Positions 48,194 through 57,072 of a stretch of DNA of 64,000 nt are shown piece by piece. Positions within the stretch are counted from its first letter, which is position 1. The number at the start of each line of letters is the position of its first letter. Source of the DNA: an uncultured Gammaproteobacteria bacterium (lineage in GTDB: Bacteria > Patescibacteriota > Microgenomatia > UBA10105 > UBA927). Under the pieces are notes generated by a model. It saw only the letters and a list, made by a program, of their open reading frames with translations. It was not told where the DNA came from and did not search any database. Location of the stretch: assembly GCA_964448085.1 (NCBI GenBank), contig CAYUUX010000002.1, forward strand, positions 30,519 through 94,518, written 5' to 3'. Both the position numbers and the translations under genes were made by a program.

Positions 48194-48478
48194 CTACTTT
48201 TGAAATTTTTTGTCTACCTTCATCAGAAGATAGGTTACAAGTACCGCAAGCACAGTTACGACAATTGCGTAGATCGCAAGGGAGACGATGACACTTCCTT
48301 TTGGGACAAACGGTTTTATATACGTATTTACTATTTCTTCGATGAAGGAATTCCACGCAAGCGCTGCGACCAAACCGAAGGCAGCCGTGGACAGTGCTAT
48401 CATCTGTTTGAGCATCGCTCGAGCCATCCCTTTGGATTGTTTTTTGGCTTCCATACCGCTATTATATACTATAGACAT
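48194..48478 (-). CDS. small two-TM membrane protein
   Basis: 94 aa with two hydrophobic helices. Ends 1 nt before the fic start on the opposite strand. Confidence 0.35.
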   Translation of the reverse strand: MSIVYNSGMEAKKQSKGMARAMLKQMIALSTAAFGLVAALAWNSFIEEIVNTYIKPFVPKGSVIVSLAIYAIVVTVLAVLVTYLLMKVDKKFQK

Positions 48479-49522
48479 ATGTACACTCCAACTTTCTCAA
48501 TCACCAATAAAATCCTGAAATATATTGGTATCATAGAGGCGGCAAAGGAAGTGATTGAGAATGCTCCGTTAGTACCAGCGTGGGAGGCAAAATTTCGTGA
48601 AGAAGCGATCGTTCGAACAGTGCACCATGGTACGCACATTGAAGGAAATGAGCTCAATTTTACGGAAGCGGAAAAAGTATTGGCAGGAGCGAAAATTGTG
48701 GGTCGGGACAGAGATATTCAGGAGGTCTTGAATTATCGGAACGTGTTGAAGTTTATTGAGACTTTTTCAGGAGAAACAATATCGGACGAAACCATCAAAC
48801 ATGTCCATTCACTTGTTGCCGACAGAATTCTTCCCGATGCTGTGGTTGGTGAGTTTCGGAAATCGCAAGTGGTCGTGAAAAACAGTCAAACGGGAGAAAT
48901 TACCTTCCGTCCTCCACCAGCAGTTGAAGTACCATTTTTGATTTCCAATTTCCTGTTGTGGATGAATAACGCCAAGCCGGATGAAGTGCATCCCGCGATA
49001 AAAGCGGGGATAACACATTATGAATTGGTCCGTATCCATCCATTCTTAGATGGGAACGGGAGGGTTGCGCGCGCGATTGCAACGTTAGCGCTTTTCAGAG
49101 ATGGGTACGACATTAAGCGTTTTTTTTCGCTTGAAGAATACTATGACCGTGAACCGGTAAATTACTATGCGGCGTTGCAAAGTGTTGTAAACGAGAATGG
49201 TAACTTGACACACTGGTTGGAATATTTTTCAGAAGGTCTTGCAATAGAACTTACGCGTATTAAAGAAAAGGTGAAATCGCTTTCTACTGATTTAAAAATA
49301 AAAAAGCATTTGGGCGGTCATCAAATGGCCCTTTCCGAAAGGCAAATTAAGATTGTCGAATTTATTCAGGAAAACGGGTTTTTACAAAACAAAGCATTTT
49401 TTGAGTTGTTCCCCATGATTTCCGAAGATACCGTGCTTCGTGAAATAAAGGATTTGATGAAAAAAGGGATTATTCAAAAACAAGGATCGACGAAGGGTGT
49501 GCGATACGTATTGAAAAGTTAA
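48479..49522 (+). CDS. fic: Fic family protein (AMPylase-type, Fido fold) with C-terminal winged-helix domain
   Basis: Canonical Fic motif HPFLDGNGRVARA. Upstream THIEGNELN segment. C-terminal wHTH-like region (RQIKIVEFIQENGFLQNKAFFELF). ORF-track start trimmed to MYTPTF at 48479. Confidence 0.85.
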   Translation: MYTPTFSITNKILKYIGIIEAAKEVIENAPLVPAWEAKFREEAIVRTVHHGTHIEGNELNFTEAEKVLAGAKIVGRDRDIQEVLNYRNVLKFIETFSGETISDETIKHVHSLVADRILPDAVVGEFRKSQVVVKNSQTGEITFRPPPAVEVPFLISNFLLWMNNAKPDEVHPAIKAGITHYELVRIHPFLDGNGRVARAIATLALFRDGYDIKRFFSLEEYYDREPVNYYAALQSVVNENGNLTHWLEYFSEGLAIELTRIKEKVKSLSTDLKIKKHLGGHQMALSERQIKIVEFIQENGFLQNKAFFELFPMISEDTVLREIKDLMKKGIIQKQGSTKGVRYVLKS

Positions 49523-49530
49523 TTGGATCA

Positions 49531-51258
49531 ATGGTATTTTCCACGCTTGCTACCTATTTTCAAAAACTCGAGAACACGCCGTCACGCATCACGATGACGG
49601 AGATACTTGCTGATCTTTTTTCATCCGCTTCCACAACGGAAATCGGTGAAATTTGTTTTCTTCTTCAAGGGCGGGTTGCGCCGCTTTTCGAACCCGTGGA
49701 GTTTGGTGTCGCTGACAAGCTTATGATTCGTGCCATTACCAGTGCATATTCTTTAAAAGAGGCGCAGGTTATTGCTCTTTTTAAAAAATATGGCGATCTC
49801 GGCATTACTGCGGAAACAATTGCTAAAGAGAAACACCCTTCCGACAAACATACGAGCACAAGCGTACATTCGGTGTTTATAAAACTCCAACAATTGGCCG
49901 GTGAAAAAGGAGCAGGATCTCAAGAACGAAAGAATGCCATTCTTTCCGAACTTTTGTCCGCTTGCGACCCATTATCCGCACGATATCTGGTTCGAATTCC
50001 TTTGGATAAATTACGGCTCGGATTTTCAGACATGACGATGCTTGACGCGTTGTCATGGATGATCACGAAAGACAAATCCAACCGCAGTGCTTTTGAAGCA
50101 GCATATAACGTACGGCCGGATTTGTCCTTTATTGCTACGCTCATCAAAACGCGTGGGCTAGCAGGGGTTTCAGGTATATCGACAAAGGTCGGAGCGCCGA
50201 TTCTTGCAGCATTGTGTCAACGACTGCCCAATGCAAAGGAAATGATTGAAAAGATGGGAGAAGTAGACGTGGAGCCGAAATACGACGGTGTTCGGACACA
50301 GATTCATTTTATAAAACACCCCTCATGGGTGCAAAGCTACTCCCGAAACCTTGAAAACACAACTGCTATGTATCCCGAATTAACCCACATTGCATCCCAA
50401 ATTGATGCCGACGAAGTGATTTTGGATAGCGAAGCGGTGGGGTACGATGAAATCCATAAGAGAGTTATTCCCTTCCAAGAAACCGTTACGAGAAAACGCA
50501 AATACGGTATCCGCGAAGCAAGTGCTACGGTACCGCTTCGCTTTTTTGTCTTTGATATTCTTTCAAAAAACGGGAAAGATCTCATGGGCACGCCGTTGTC
50601 CAAACGAAGAGTAATTTTGGAAAAAACGATACGAACGGGTCGCATTCTTTCTCTTTCACCACACATCGTAACTTCGGATATCGCGACGCTTCGGGAATAT
50701 CAAAAAGAACAAATAGCATTAGGGCTTGAGGGTGTCGTTGTAAAAAAATGGGACAGTCATTATGAGCCTGGTCGTAGAGGCTATACGTGGGTGAAGTTTA
50801 AAGAGGAGGGGAAGGTTGGGAAGCTTGCCGATACCATTGACTGCGTGGTGATGGGGTATTACAAAGGAGAGGGGAAACGGGCAGACTTTGGCATCGGAGC
50901 GTTTCTTGTTGGGGTTTTGGATAAGGAAAATTTTGTGACGGTAACAAAAATCGGAACAGGTGTTTCGGACGAATTATGGAAAATGCTTGCTAAACGGTTT
51001 GCCAAGGAACGTATGGCGCAAAAACCATCCATGTATGGCGATGTTGAAAAGAGTTTGACCCCTGACGTTTGGGTTCAGCCAACCACCGTTGTTGAAATAG
51101 CGGCAGATGACATCACGAAGTCGCCGATTCATAAGGCTGGATACGCGTTGCGATTTCCTAGGTTGGTGCGTATTCGAGAAGATAAATCCATACACGCCAT
51201 TACGTCGACCAAAGAACTACAAACAATGTATAGTAATCAACAGTCCATACGATTATGA
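49531..51258 (+). CDS. lig: ATP-dependent DNA ligase (archaeal/eukaryotic type, N-terminal DNA-binding domain + adenylation + OB)
   Basis: 575 aa. Motif I EPKYDGVR (KxDG), motif III/IV (EGVVVKK) and motif V regions. Begins 8 nt after fic. Confidence 0.85.
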   Translation: MVFSTLATYFQKLENTPSRITMTEILADLFSSASTTEIGEICFLLQGRVAPLFEPVEFGVADKLMIRAITSAYSLKEAQVIALFKKYGDLGITAETIAKEKHPSDKHTSTSVHSVFIKLQQLAGEKGAGSQERKNAILSELLSACDPLSARYLVRIPLDKLRLGFSDMTMLDALSWMITKDKSNRSAFEAAYNVRPDLSFIATLIKTRGLAGVSGISTKVGAPILAALCQRLPNAKEMIEKMGEVDVEPKYDGVRTQIHFIKHPSWVQSYSRNLENTTAMYPELTHIASQIDADEVILDSEAVGYDEIHKRVIPFQETVTRKRKYGIREASATVPLRFFVFDILSKNGKDLMGTPLSKRRVILEKTIRTGRILSLSPHIVTSDIATLREYQKEQIALGLEGVVVKKWDSHYEPGRRGYTWVKFKEEGKVGKLADTIDCVVMGYYKGEGKRADFGIGAFLVGVLDKENFVTVTKIGTGVSDELWKMLAKRFAKERMAQKPSMYGDVEKSLTPDVWVQPTTVVEIAADDITKSPIHKAGYALRFPRLVRIREDKSIHAITSTKELQTMYSNQQSIRL

Positions 51259-52193
51259 TTGCGTTGTACATTCTCGCATTTATCCTTTCCGGCGTTGTAC
51301 TTGCTGTGTGTGCTAATTGGGTTGTTCGTTCTGTTTCCTATTTTTCTCAGGCGCTTCACGTTAAAAGTTTTCTCTTGGGATTTTTGCTTCTGGGTGTTGC
51401 GACGACGATTCCCGAGATGTTTGTTGCATATCAGTCGGTGCACGATGGTGTTCCCCAATTGGCCGTCGGGAACTTGCTTGGTGGATCCATTCTCCTTTTA
51501 TCCTTTGTGATGGGAACGAGCGCAATTTTTCTCAAACGGATTGTGTTGGATCACGGGATGAGAACCATGGATATCGGCATTTCGTCTTTGGTGGTTTTTG
51601 CCCCCGCTATTATGTTGTGGGATGGCACTCTATCACGTGCGGAGGGTGCACTTCTTGTTATCGTCTACCTTATTCATATTTTTCTTATCAACAAGGAACA
51701 ACAATTGGTCGGCCATATCGAAGAGCACGCACACCACGTCAAACATGGAGGCCACGCAATTTTTTTGAGCATCGTTGGGCTTGCAGGTATGGCGATTGCT
51801 TCGCGATCAATAGTAACGATTGGGGAGCACGTAGTCCAATTGGTTCACATGCCGACATTTGTTGTCGGATTGTTTTTGATAACATTTGGAACAAACCTTC
51901 CAGAAATCTCTCTTGTGGTTGAGGCGGTAATCAAAAAAAAGCGTGATATTGCATTCGGGGATATTCTTGGATCCAGCGTTATCAATACGCCGATATTGGG
52001 TATTATTGGTTTGTTAGCTCCGTTTACCATTGCCGATCATGAACGTATACGCGTTACCCTTCTGTTACTGGCGCTCGTTGCACTCTTTTTTTATTGGGCG
52101 GCGTCCAGCAAACGCGATGTCACGCGCAAAGAAGGATTTGTGTTACTGGTGGTGTACGGGTCATTTGTGTTGTTTGAAATGATGCATATATAG
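51255..52193 (+). CDS. Ca2+/cation antiporter, CaCA family (YrbG-like sodium/calcium exchanger)
   Basis: 312 aa, about 10 TM helices. Duplicated alpha-repeat motifs (GNLLGGSILLL ... GDILGSSVINT). Confidence 0.7.
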   Translation: MIALYILAFILSGVVLAVCANWVVRSVSYFSQALHVKSFLLGFLLLGVATTIPEMFVAYQSVHDGVPQLAVGNLLGGSILLLSFVMGTSAIFLKRIVLDHGMRTMDIGISSLVVFAPAIMLWDGTLSRAEGALLVIVYLIHIFLINKEQQLVGHIEEHAHHVKHGGHAIFLSIVGLAGMAIASRSIVTIGEHVVQLVHMPTFVVGLFLITFGTNLPEISLVVEAVIKKKRDIAFGDILGSSVINTPILGIIGLLAPFTIADHERIRVTLLLLALVALFFYWAASSKRDVTRKEGFVLLVVYGSFVLFEMMHI

Positions 52194-52200
52194 CCGTATA

Positions 52201-53037
52201 ATGCGTCAAGCTATGGGAAAACCATTTATTTCCGTTATCATCCCGGCATTAAATGAAGAAAAATTCATCGCAGGACTTCTTTCGAGTTTAAGTACGCAAC
52301 ATAGTCGAGATTTCGAAGTAATCGTGGTGGACGGTCGCTCCAAGGATAAAACCGTTGAGGTAGCGCGCAGATTTGCATCCAAGCTTCCCTCTCTTTCCGT
52401 CATTGTGGCGGATCATGCAAGTTTACCGTTTCAGCGAAATATTGGGGCAGATGCTGCACGGGGGCAATGGCTGGTTTTTATTGATGCGGATGTTGTCTTG
52501 TATAGCTATTCTCTCGAGCGTCTGCACGCATACTTACGTGCTTCGGACAGTTCCTTTGTTACTTCATGGTTTAGTCCAGATAGCGAGGATATCAATGATG
52601 TCCGTCTAACGCTGTTTGCCATCTTTTTCTATGAGTTATCAAAAAATTTGAAGCGCGCAATTTCTCCCGGTCCTTTTACCGTTGTCCAACGAGACGCATT
52701 TGATATTGTTGGAGGATATGATGTGGAACATCCATTTTTGGAGGATCAGGACTTTTCCCAACGGATGGCAAAAGCTGGGTATACACTTTCGATTGTTCGC
52801 GAATCCCTCTATATTTGGTCGCTTCGAAGATACAGAAAAGAAGGGACGAGGAAGGTATTTCAGGCCTATACAAAAGCGTTATTACCTATTCTTTTTACAA
52901 AGACGGTACCAAAGAATATGAAGGGATACCAAATGGGTGGTCATGTATTTTCTAAAAAGAAAAAGAATGTGCACACGCCCTTCATTAAACAGACAGAGCG
53001 TAAAATGAAGCAGTTGATGCAGGATATATTTGAATAG
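52201..53037 (+). CDS. glycosyltransferase family 2
   Basis: ISVIIPALNEEKFI...FEVIVVDGRSKDKT...FIDADV is a GT2 signature. Confidence 0.75.
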   Translation: MRQAMGKPFISVIIPALNEEKFIAGLLSSLSTQHSRDFEVIVVDGRSKDKTVEVARRFASKLPSLSVIVADHASLPFQRNIGADAARGQWLVFIDADVVLYSYSLERLHAYLRASDSSFVTSWFSPDSEDINDVRLTLFAIFFYELSKNLKRAISPGPFTVVQRDAFDIVGGYDVEHPFLEDQDFSQRMAKAGYTLSIVRESLYIWSLRRYRKEGTRKVFQAYTKALLPILFTKTVPKNMKGYQMGGHVFSKKKKNVHTPFIKQTERKMKQLMQDIFE

Positions 53038-54370
53038 TATGCAGATGCTTGCCGATCTTCATATCCACTCGCGATTTTCCCGTGCGGTTTCCCGGGAGAT
53101 GACCATTCCCACCATAGCAACATGGGCAAAGAAAAAAGGTATTGGCTTAGTTGCAACAGGTGATTGGACACATCCGTTGTGGCTTAATGAAATCGAAAGT
53201 CAGTTAGAGGAAACAGGAGAAGGTTTTTTGCACCTGCGGAAGCATAATGAAACTGACCATATTAGTCAGCCGTTGTTTCTTCTTTCAACCGAACTGTCTT
53301 GCATTTTTTCCCAGGGAGGCAAAACACGTCGGGTACATACTATGGTGTGGGTGCCAACCATTGCAAGCGCGCGTAAAATCAGTCAGGAAATAACGAAGCG
53401 AGGCGGTAATGTGCTTTCAGATGGCCGTCCAATCTTGGGTTTTTCATTGATACAACTTGCGGATCTTATCCTATCGACAGAACCGAATGCACTTATTGTG
53501 CCTGCACACATCTGGACTCCGTGGTTTTCGGTGTATGGCGCCATGGGAGGATTTTCCACTCTTGCGGAAGCCTTCGGTCCTTTTGCCAAGCATATTTATG
53601 CTGTTGAGACGGGATTGTCCAGTAGTCCTGATATGAATTGGCGGATACAAGAGCTGAAAACGCGATCTATTGTGTCGTTTTCAGATGCGCACAGTGCACC
53701 CAAATTAGGTCGTGAGGCAACGCTTTTTTCTTTGCCGAAAGCCACCTTTCCCATGCTTCGCGAGGCGTTGATGAACTACGCAAACGACCAGACAGAAGCC
53801 CATATTGTTTCCACGATGGAATTTTATCCCGAGGAAGGAAAATATCATTATACGGGACACCGGGACTGTCATGTGCGATTGACACCGAAGGACGCTGTTG
53901 CAAAAGGCGCCGTCTGTTCTGTGTGTGGAAAACCATTAACGCAAGGTGTGATGCAGCGCGTTGAAGAGCTTGCATCCATTGGGGAAACGGGAGCGTGGGA
54001 TATGAAAAATGGCGTACGGTGGAGAAAAAGCGCAGATGGAACCAGGCCGCCGTTTGTCATGCTGGTCCCGCTACAAGAGATAATCAGTGAAGCAATTGGA
54101 AGTCCTGTGACAAGTCCGAAGGTTGCAGTGCATTTTGAACGACTTACTAAGGAGCTTGGCGGAGAATTTTCTGTATTGCTTGACAAAACGATAGAGGATA
54201 TCGCGCGATATTCTACACCACAGATAGCAGACGGCATATGGAAAGTTCGATCTGGCGATATCGTCATTGACCCTGGATACGATGGAGTATTCGGGGTGGT
54301 GAAAATTTGGAAAAGCGATGCGGATAAGGCCCTGGTTTCTGCAACTGGGGAACAAATGGGAATTTTTTGA
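53030..54370 (+). CDS. PHP-domain phosphoesterase with C-terminal Zn-ribbon, endonuclease Q-like (COG1379 type)
   Basis: N-terminal ADLHIHSRFS PHP metal-binding motif, further His/Asp positions (VPAHIWTPW, SFSDAHS) and a CSVCGKP Zn-ribbon near the C-terminus. 446 aa matches EndoQ-family length. Confidence 0.55.
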   Translation: MNSMQMLADLHIHSRFSRAVSREMTIPTIATWAKKKGIGLVATGDWTHPLWLNEIESQLEETGEGFLHLRKHNETDHISQPLFLLSTELSCIFSQGGKTRRVHTMVWVPTIASARKISQEITKRGGNVLSDGRPILGFSLIQLADLILSTEPNALIVPAHIWTPWFSVYGAMGGFSTLAEAFGPFAKHIYAVETGLSSSPDMNWRIQELKTRSIVSFSDAHSAPKLGREATLFSLPKATFPMLREALMNYANDQTEAHIVSTMEFYPEEGKYHYTGHRDCHVRLTPKDAVAKGAVCSVCGKPLTQGVMQRVEELASIGETGAWDMKNGVRWRKSADGTRPPFVMLVPLQEIISEAIGSPVTSPKVAVHFERLTKELGGEFSVLLDKTIEDIARYSTPQIADGIWKVRSGDIVIDPGYDGVFGVVKIWKSDADKALVSATGEQMGIF

Positions 54371-54437
54371 TCGGTTCTTATTGACCTTGAAAAAGTAATC
54401 GTGATACGCTGGTAATAAGAAAGCGAGGTGAAACATT

Positions 54438-54770
54438 ATGGCACAGTCAAAACAAAGCAATGAAAATCTGATGGGAGCAGCTGCATATTTGTTGGCATTC
54501 GTGACAGGAATCATTTTCCTCATCGTGGAAAAGGAAAGCAAATTTGTCCGGTTTCATGCAATGCAATCAACGATTTTGTTCGGCGGTATTTTTATCGCGA
54601 ACATCATATTAGGATTCATTCCGATACTTGGTTGGCTTGTTGGGCTTTTACTGTCTTTCGCATCATTTATCCTGTGGATTATTTGTATGTGGAAAGCATT
54701 CCAAGGAGAGATGTATAAAGTACCATATATCGGTAAGCTTGCTGAACAGCAATTGCAGAAAATGAAATAA
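54438..54770 (+). CDS. small membrane protein, DUF4870-like
   Basis: 110 aa, 3 TM helices. AAAYLLAFVTGIIFLIVEKESKFVRFHAMQS matches the conserved N-terminal pattern of the DUF4870 family. Confidence 0.5.
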   Translation: MAQSKQSNENLMGAAAYLLAFVTGIIFLIVEKESKFVRFHAMQSTILFGGIFIANIILGFIPILGWLVGLLLSFASFILWIICMWKAFQGEMYKVPYIGKLAEQQLQKMK

Positions 54771-54772
54771 TG

Positions 54773-54788
54773 GATATCGCGCGATATC
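54773..54788. promoter_or_regulatory. perfect 16-bp palindrome GATATCGCGCGATATC (candidate operator), followed by a TTGACA -35-like hexamer and a 6-bp-stem hairpin
   Basis: Read directly from the sequence. Lies 2 nt after the DUF4870-like gene stop and about 100 nt upstream of pth. TTGACA at 54797..54802. caccac/gtggtg hairpin at 54801..54827. Confidence 0.4.
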
Positions 54789-54888
54789 TATATCTATTGA
54801 CACCACTTGTCATGTGTACAGGTGGTGTTTATAGTATGAGCTGCATAGTGATTGGTACAGACGTGTTTTGTAAGGAAAGGAGCGCTGC

Positions 54889-55515
54889 ATGAAACTCATC
54901 GTTGGACTTGGAAATCCGGGAGCTGAATATCAGGATACCCGACACAACCTCGGTTTTATGGTTATTGAGAAGCTTGCAAAAGAACTTGCATCGGAGGAAA
55001 TTTCATGGAAGGAAGAAGACAAATTTAAAGCGTTGGTTGCAAAAATTGGCGATGTGGTTTTAGTTAAGCCCATCACGTTCATGAACAGCTCTGGCGTAGC
55101 TGTGGCTTCTATAATGCGGTATTTTAAGCTGGATCCGTCCGACGTTTGGGTGATACATGACGACATTGACTTGCCGCTTGGAAAAATACGAATACGCGAA
55201 AAGGGAAGCAGCGCAGGTCACCGGGGTATTGAATCCATCATTGCAGAATTGAAGACTGACGTATTTGTTCGGTTTCGCCTTGGTATAGGGCGCGGAAAGC
55301 TGTTTTCTAAAGGAGACAGCGATACGACAACGATAGAAAAAGGCATTGCGGGGCGATCACATCATGGGCGACACCATTGGGATATTTCCTTCGTGCTTTC
55401 CCGATTTACCCAAAGTGAAGCAGGTGCATTAAAGCACCTGATAAAAAACGGAACCGAGGCAGTGCGAATAGCTATCACTGCAGGTACGGATAAGGCGATG
55501 GCGAGATTTAATTGA
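54889..55515 (+). CDS. pth: peptidyl-tRNA hydrolase
   Basis: MKLIVGLGNPGAEYQDTRHNLGF is the canonical Pth N-terminus, with catalytic His in HNLGF. 208 aa, C-terminal extension. Confidence 0.9.
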   Translation: MKLIVGLGNPGAEYQDTRHNLGFMVIEKLAKELASEEISWKEEDKFKALVAKIGDVVLVKPITFMNSSGVAVASIMRYFKLDPSDVWVIHDDIDLPLGKIRIREKGSSAGHRGIESIIAELKTDVFVRFRLGIGRGKLFSKGDSDTTTIEKGIAGRSHHGRHHWDISFVLSRFTQSEAGALKHLIKNGTEAVRIAITAGTDKAMARFN

Positions 55516-55522
55516 TGCGTAT

Positions 55523-55786
55523 ATGCAAAAAATCAGTGACATTTTGCAGACGTTCAATCCCATTGAGGATAAATATATATCCCGTGAATTTCAAAAATAC
55601 GGTATCTATCTTGCTGAGACGCTTGATGACTATGCACACAAGTCCTTGTATATCCGGCTTGCCAAAACGGTTCCGAGAGCAATTCTGGAAAAAGCCCTGA
55701 CATTTGTAAAAGATGCGAATGCAACAAGTAAAGCCCGATTGTTCATGTGGAAAATGAAAGAGCTGCGAAAAGGTGTCGGTTTATGA
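55523..55786 (+). CDS. hypothetical small protein
   Basis: 87 aa, helical and basic, no family recognised. Its 3' end overlaps the acyP start. Confidence 0.3.
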   Translation: MQKISDILQTFNPIEDKYISREFQKYGIYLAETLDDYAHKSLYIRLAKTVPRAILEKALTFVKDANATSKARLFMWKMKELRKGVGL

Positions 55787-56067
55787 AATCGGAGGAAAGA
55801 CAAACCATTCGTCTCGTTATTTCCGGTCGCGTTCAGGGGGTTGGATACCGCGCATGGATCGCGAAAGAAGCGCGCCGTCTTGGTATTACGGGTTGGGTAA
55901 AAAATCGGGAGGATGGAAGTGTAGAGATCGTCGCAACAGGAACACATGCAATGCTATCGTCCCTTGTACGACTTGCATGGAAAGGGCCAATGCTTACGGT
56001 TGTTGACAGCGTTGAAACGCGTCCAATTGAGCTCCAGGATTTTCCACAATTTCGCGTGATACAATAA
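55783..56067 (+). CDS. acyP: acylphosphatase
   Basis: ISGRVQGVGYRAWIAKEARRLGITGWVKNREDGSVEIVATG matches the acylphosphatase signatures (VxGxVQGVxFR ... GxVxN). ORF-track start trimmed to MKSEERQ. Confidence 0.8.
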   Translation: MKSEERQTIRLVISGRVQGVGYRAWIAKEARRLGITGWVKNREDGSVEIVATGTHAMLSSLVRLAWKGPMLTVVDSVETRPIELQDFPQFRVIQ

Positions 56068-56071
56068 TGGT

Positions 56072-56539
56072 ATGCAGGGTATTCTCCGTATCTTTCAGAA
56101 GAAGCCACGTTTTTTTGTCGCGTTAACGATTGGATATGTTGTCTGTGTTATCGTGGCGCGTTGGAATATGTACATACAATGGGAAACTGTGTGGTTTATT
56201 GCAGGAAGTATGATCGGCACATTTCTTTTGGAAGCAGCGGAGGAATTTTTTCATCTCCAACCCTCGCCCGTGCGAACCATTGTTTTTGTTGTACTCCTTG
56301 CCGCCTTAAGTTTTTTTATCATCACATCATCCGGAAGCGTGTTTGCATCCGGCATCGTGCTTTGTATATTTTTGACGTTATTGTGTTGGCAGATCGGAGA
56401 ATGGAGGATCGCGGGTAACTTGGACAGATGGTACCAAATGCTTGCGGATCCAGTGTCCGTGCGCACCCAAAAACTTCTTACTGCATGTTTTATTGCGATA
56501 TTTCTTGTTGAAACACTACTTTTTATTCAGGGAGCATAG
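56072..56539 (+). CDS. hypothetical membrane protein (4 TM)
   Basis: 155 aa. Hydrophobicity pattern only. Confidence 0.35.
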   Translation: MQGILRIFQKKPRFFVALTIGYVVCVIVARWNMYIQWETVWFIAGSMIGTFLLEAAEEFFHLQPSPVRTIVFVVLLAALSFFIITSSGSVFASGIVLCIFLTLLCWQIGEWRIAGNLDRWYQMLADPVSVRTQKLLTACFIAIFLVETLLFIQGA

Positions 56540-56541
56540 GT

Positions 56542-57033
56542 ATGATTCGTCATGAAAGTCCTGTGTGGAACTATCTCTCGACTGAGCAGCGGATTTTAGC
56601 GGACGACGGTGCGTTTCTTATAGAAGACAGTGCACTTCACCGTGATGCAGAGCCGACTGATTATTCCTACCTTGTTTTTCCGTTTGCCAAACTCTATGAG
56701 GGATTTCTCAAAGATGTTTTTTTGGATCTTACGATCATTTCCAAGCAAGATTACGCAAGCGGAAGATTCCGTATAGGGAAAGTATTAAATCCTAATATTG
56801 TCAAACAACTCCATGGGAAAAGCGCGTATGGACAACTTTGCAATCGATATGGACAAGAGCTTGCAGATTTGGTGTGGCACGCGTGGAAAGAGGGAAGAAA
56901 TCTTGTCTTCCATTATTTTCCCGGTAATTTTCGCATGCTCTCTCGGGATAGGGCTCTTGAGACCGTTGCGCTTCTCATACAGGCGATGGAATCGTTGCTT
57001 CGGCAAACAGGCGTTTCTCGATTGGGGGGTTAG
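56542..57033 (+). CDS. hypothetical protein
   Basis: 163 aa, soluble, no recognisable motif. Tightly packed after the preceding membrane protein. Confidence 0.35.
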   Translation: MIRHESPVWNYLSTEQRILADDGAFLIEDSALHRDAEPTDYSYLVFPFAKLYEGFLKDVFLDLTIISKQDYASGRFRIGKVLNPNIVKQLHGKSAYGQLCNRYGQELADLVWHAWKEGRNLVFHYFPGNFRMLSRDRALETVALLIQAMESLLRQTGVSRLGG

Positions 57034-57072
57034 GATAACAATTGACATGGATATCTGTGTTACCATATTCGT

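Noticed and set aside
48479-49522. Fic protein as the toxin of a classical toxin-antitoxin pair with the upstream 94-aa gene
   Set aside because: The 94-aa protein is encoded on the opposite strand and is a two-TM membrane protein. It has no (S/T)xxxE(G/N) inhibitory helix. A Fic-type inhibitory-like motif lies within the Fic protein itself (class II arrangement), so no separate antitoxin is implied.
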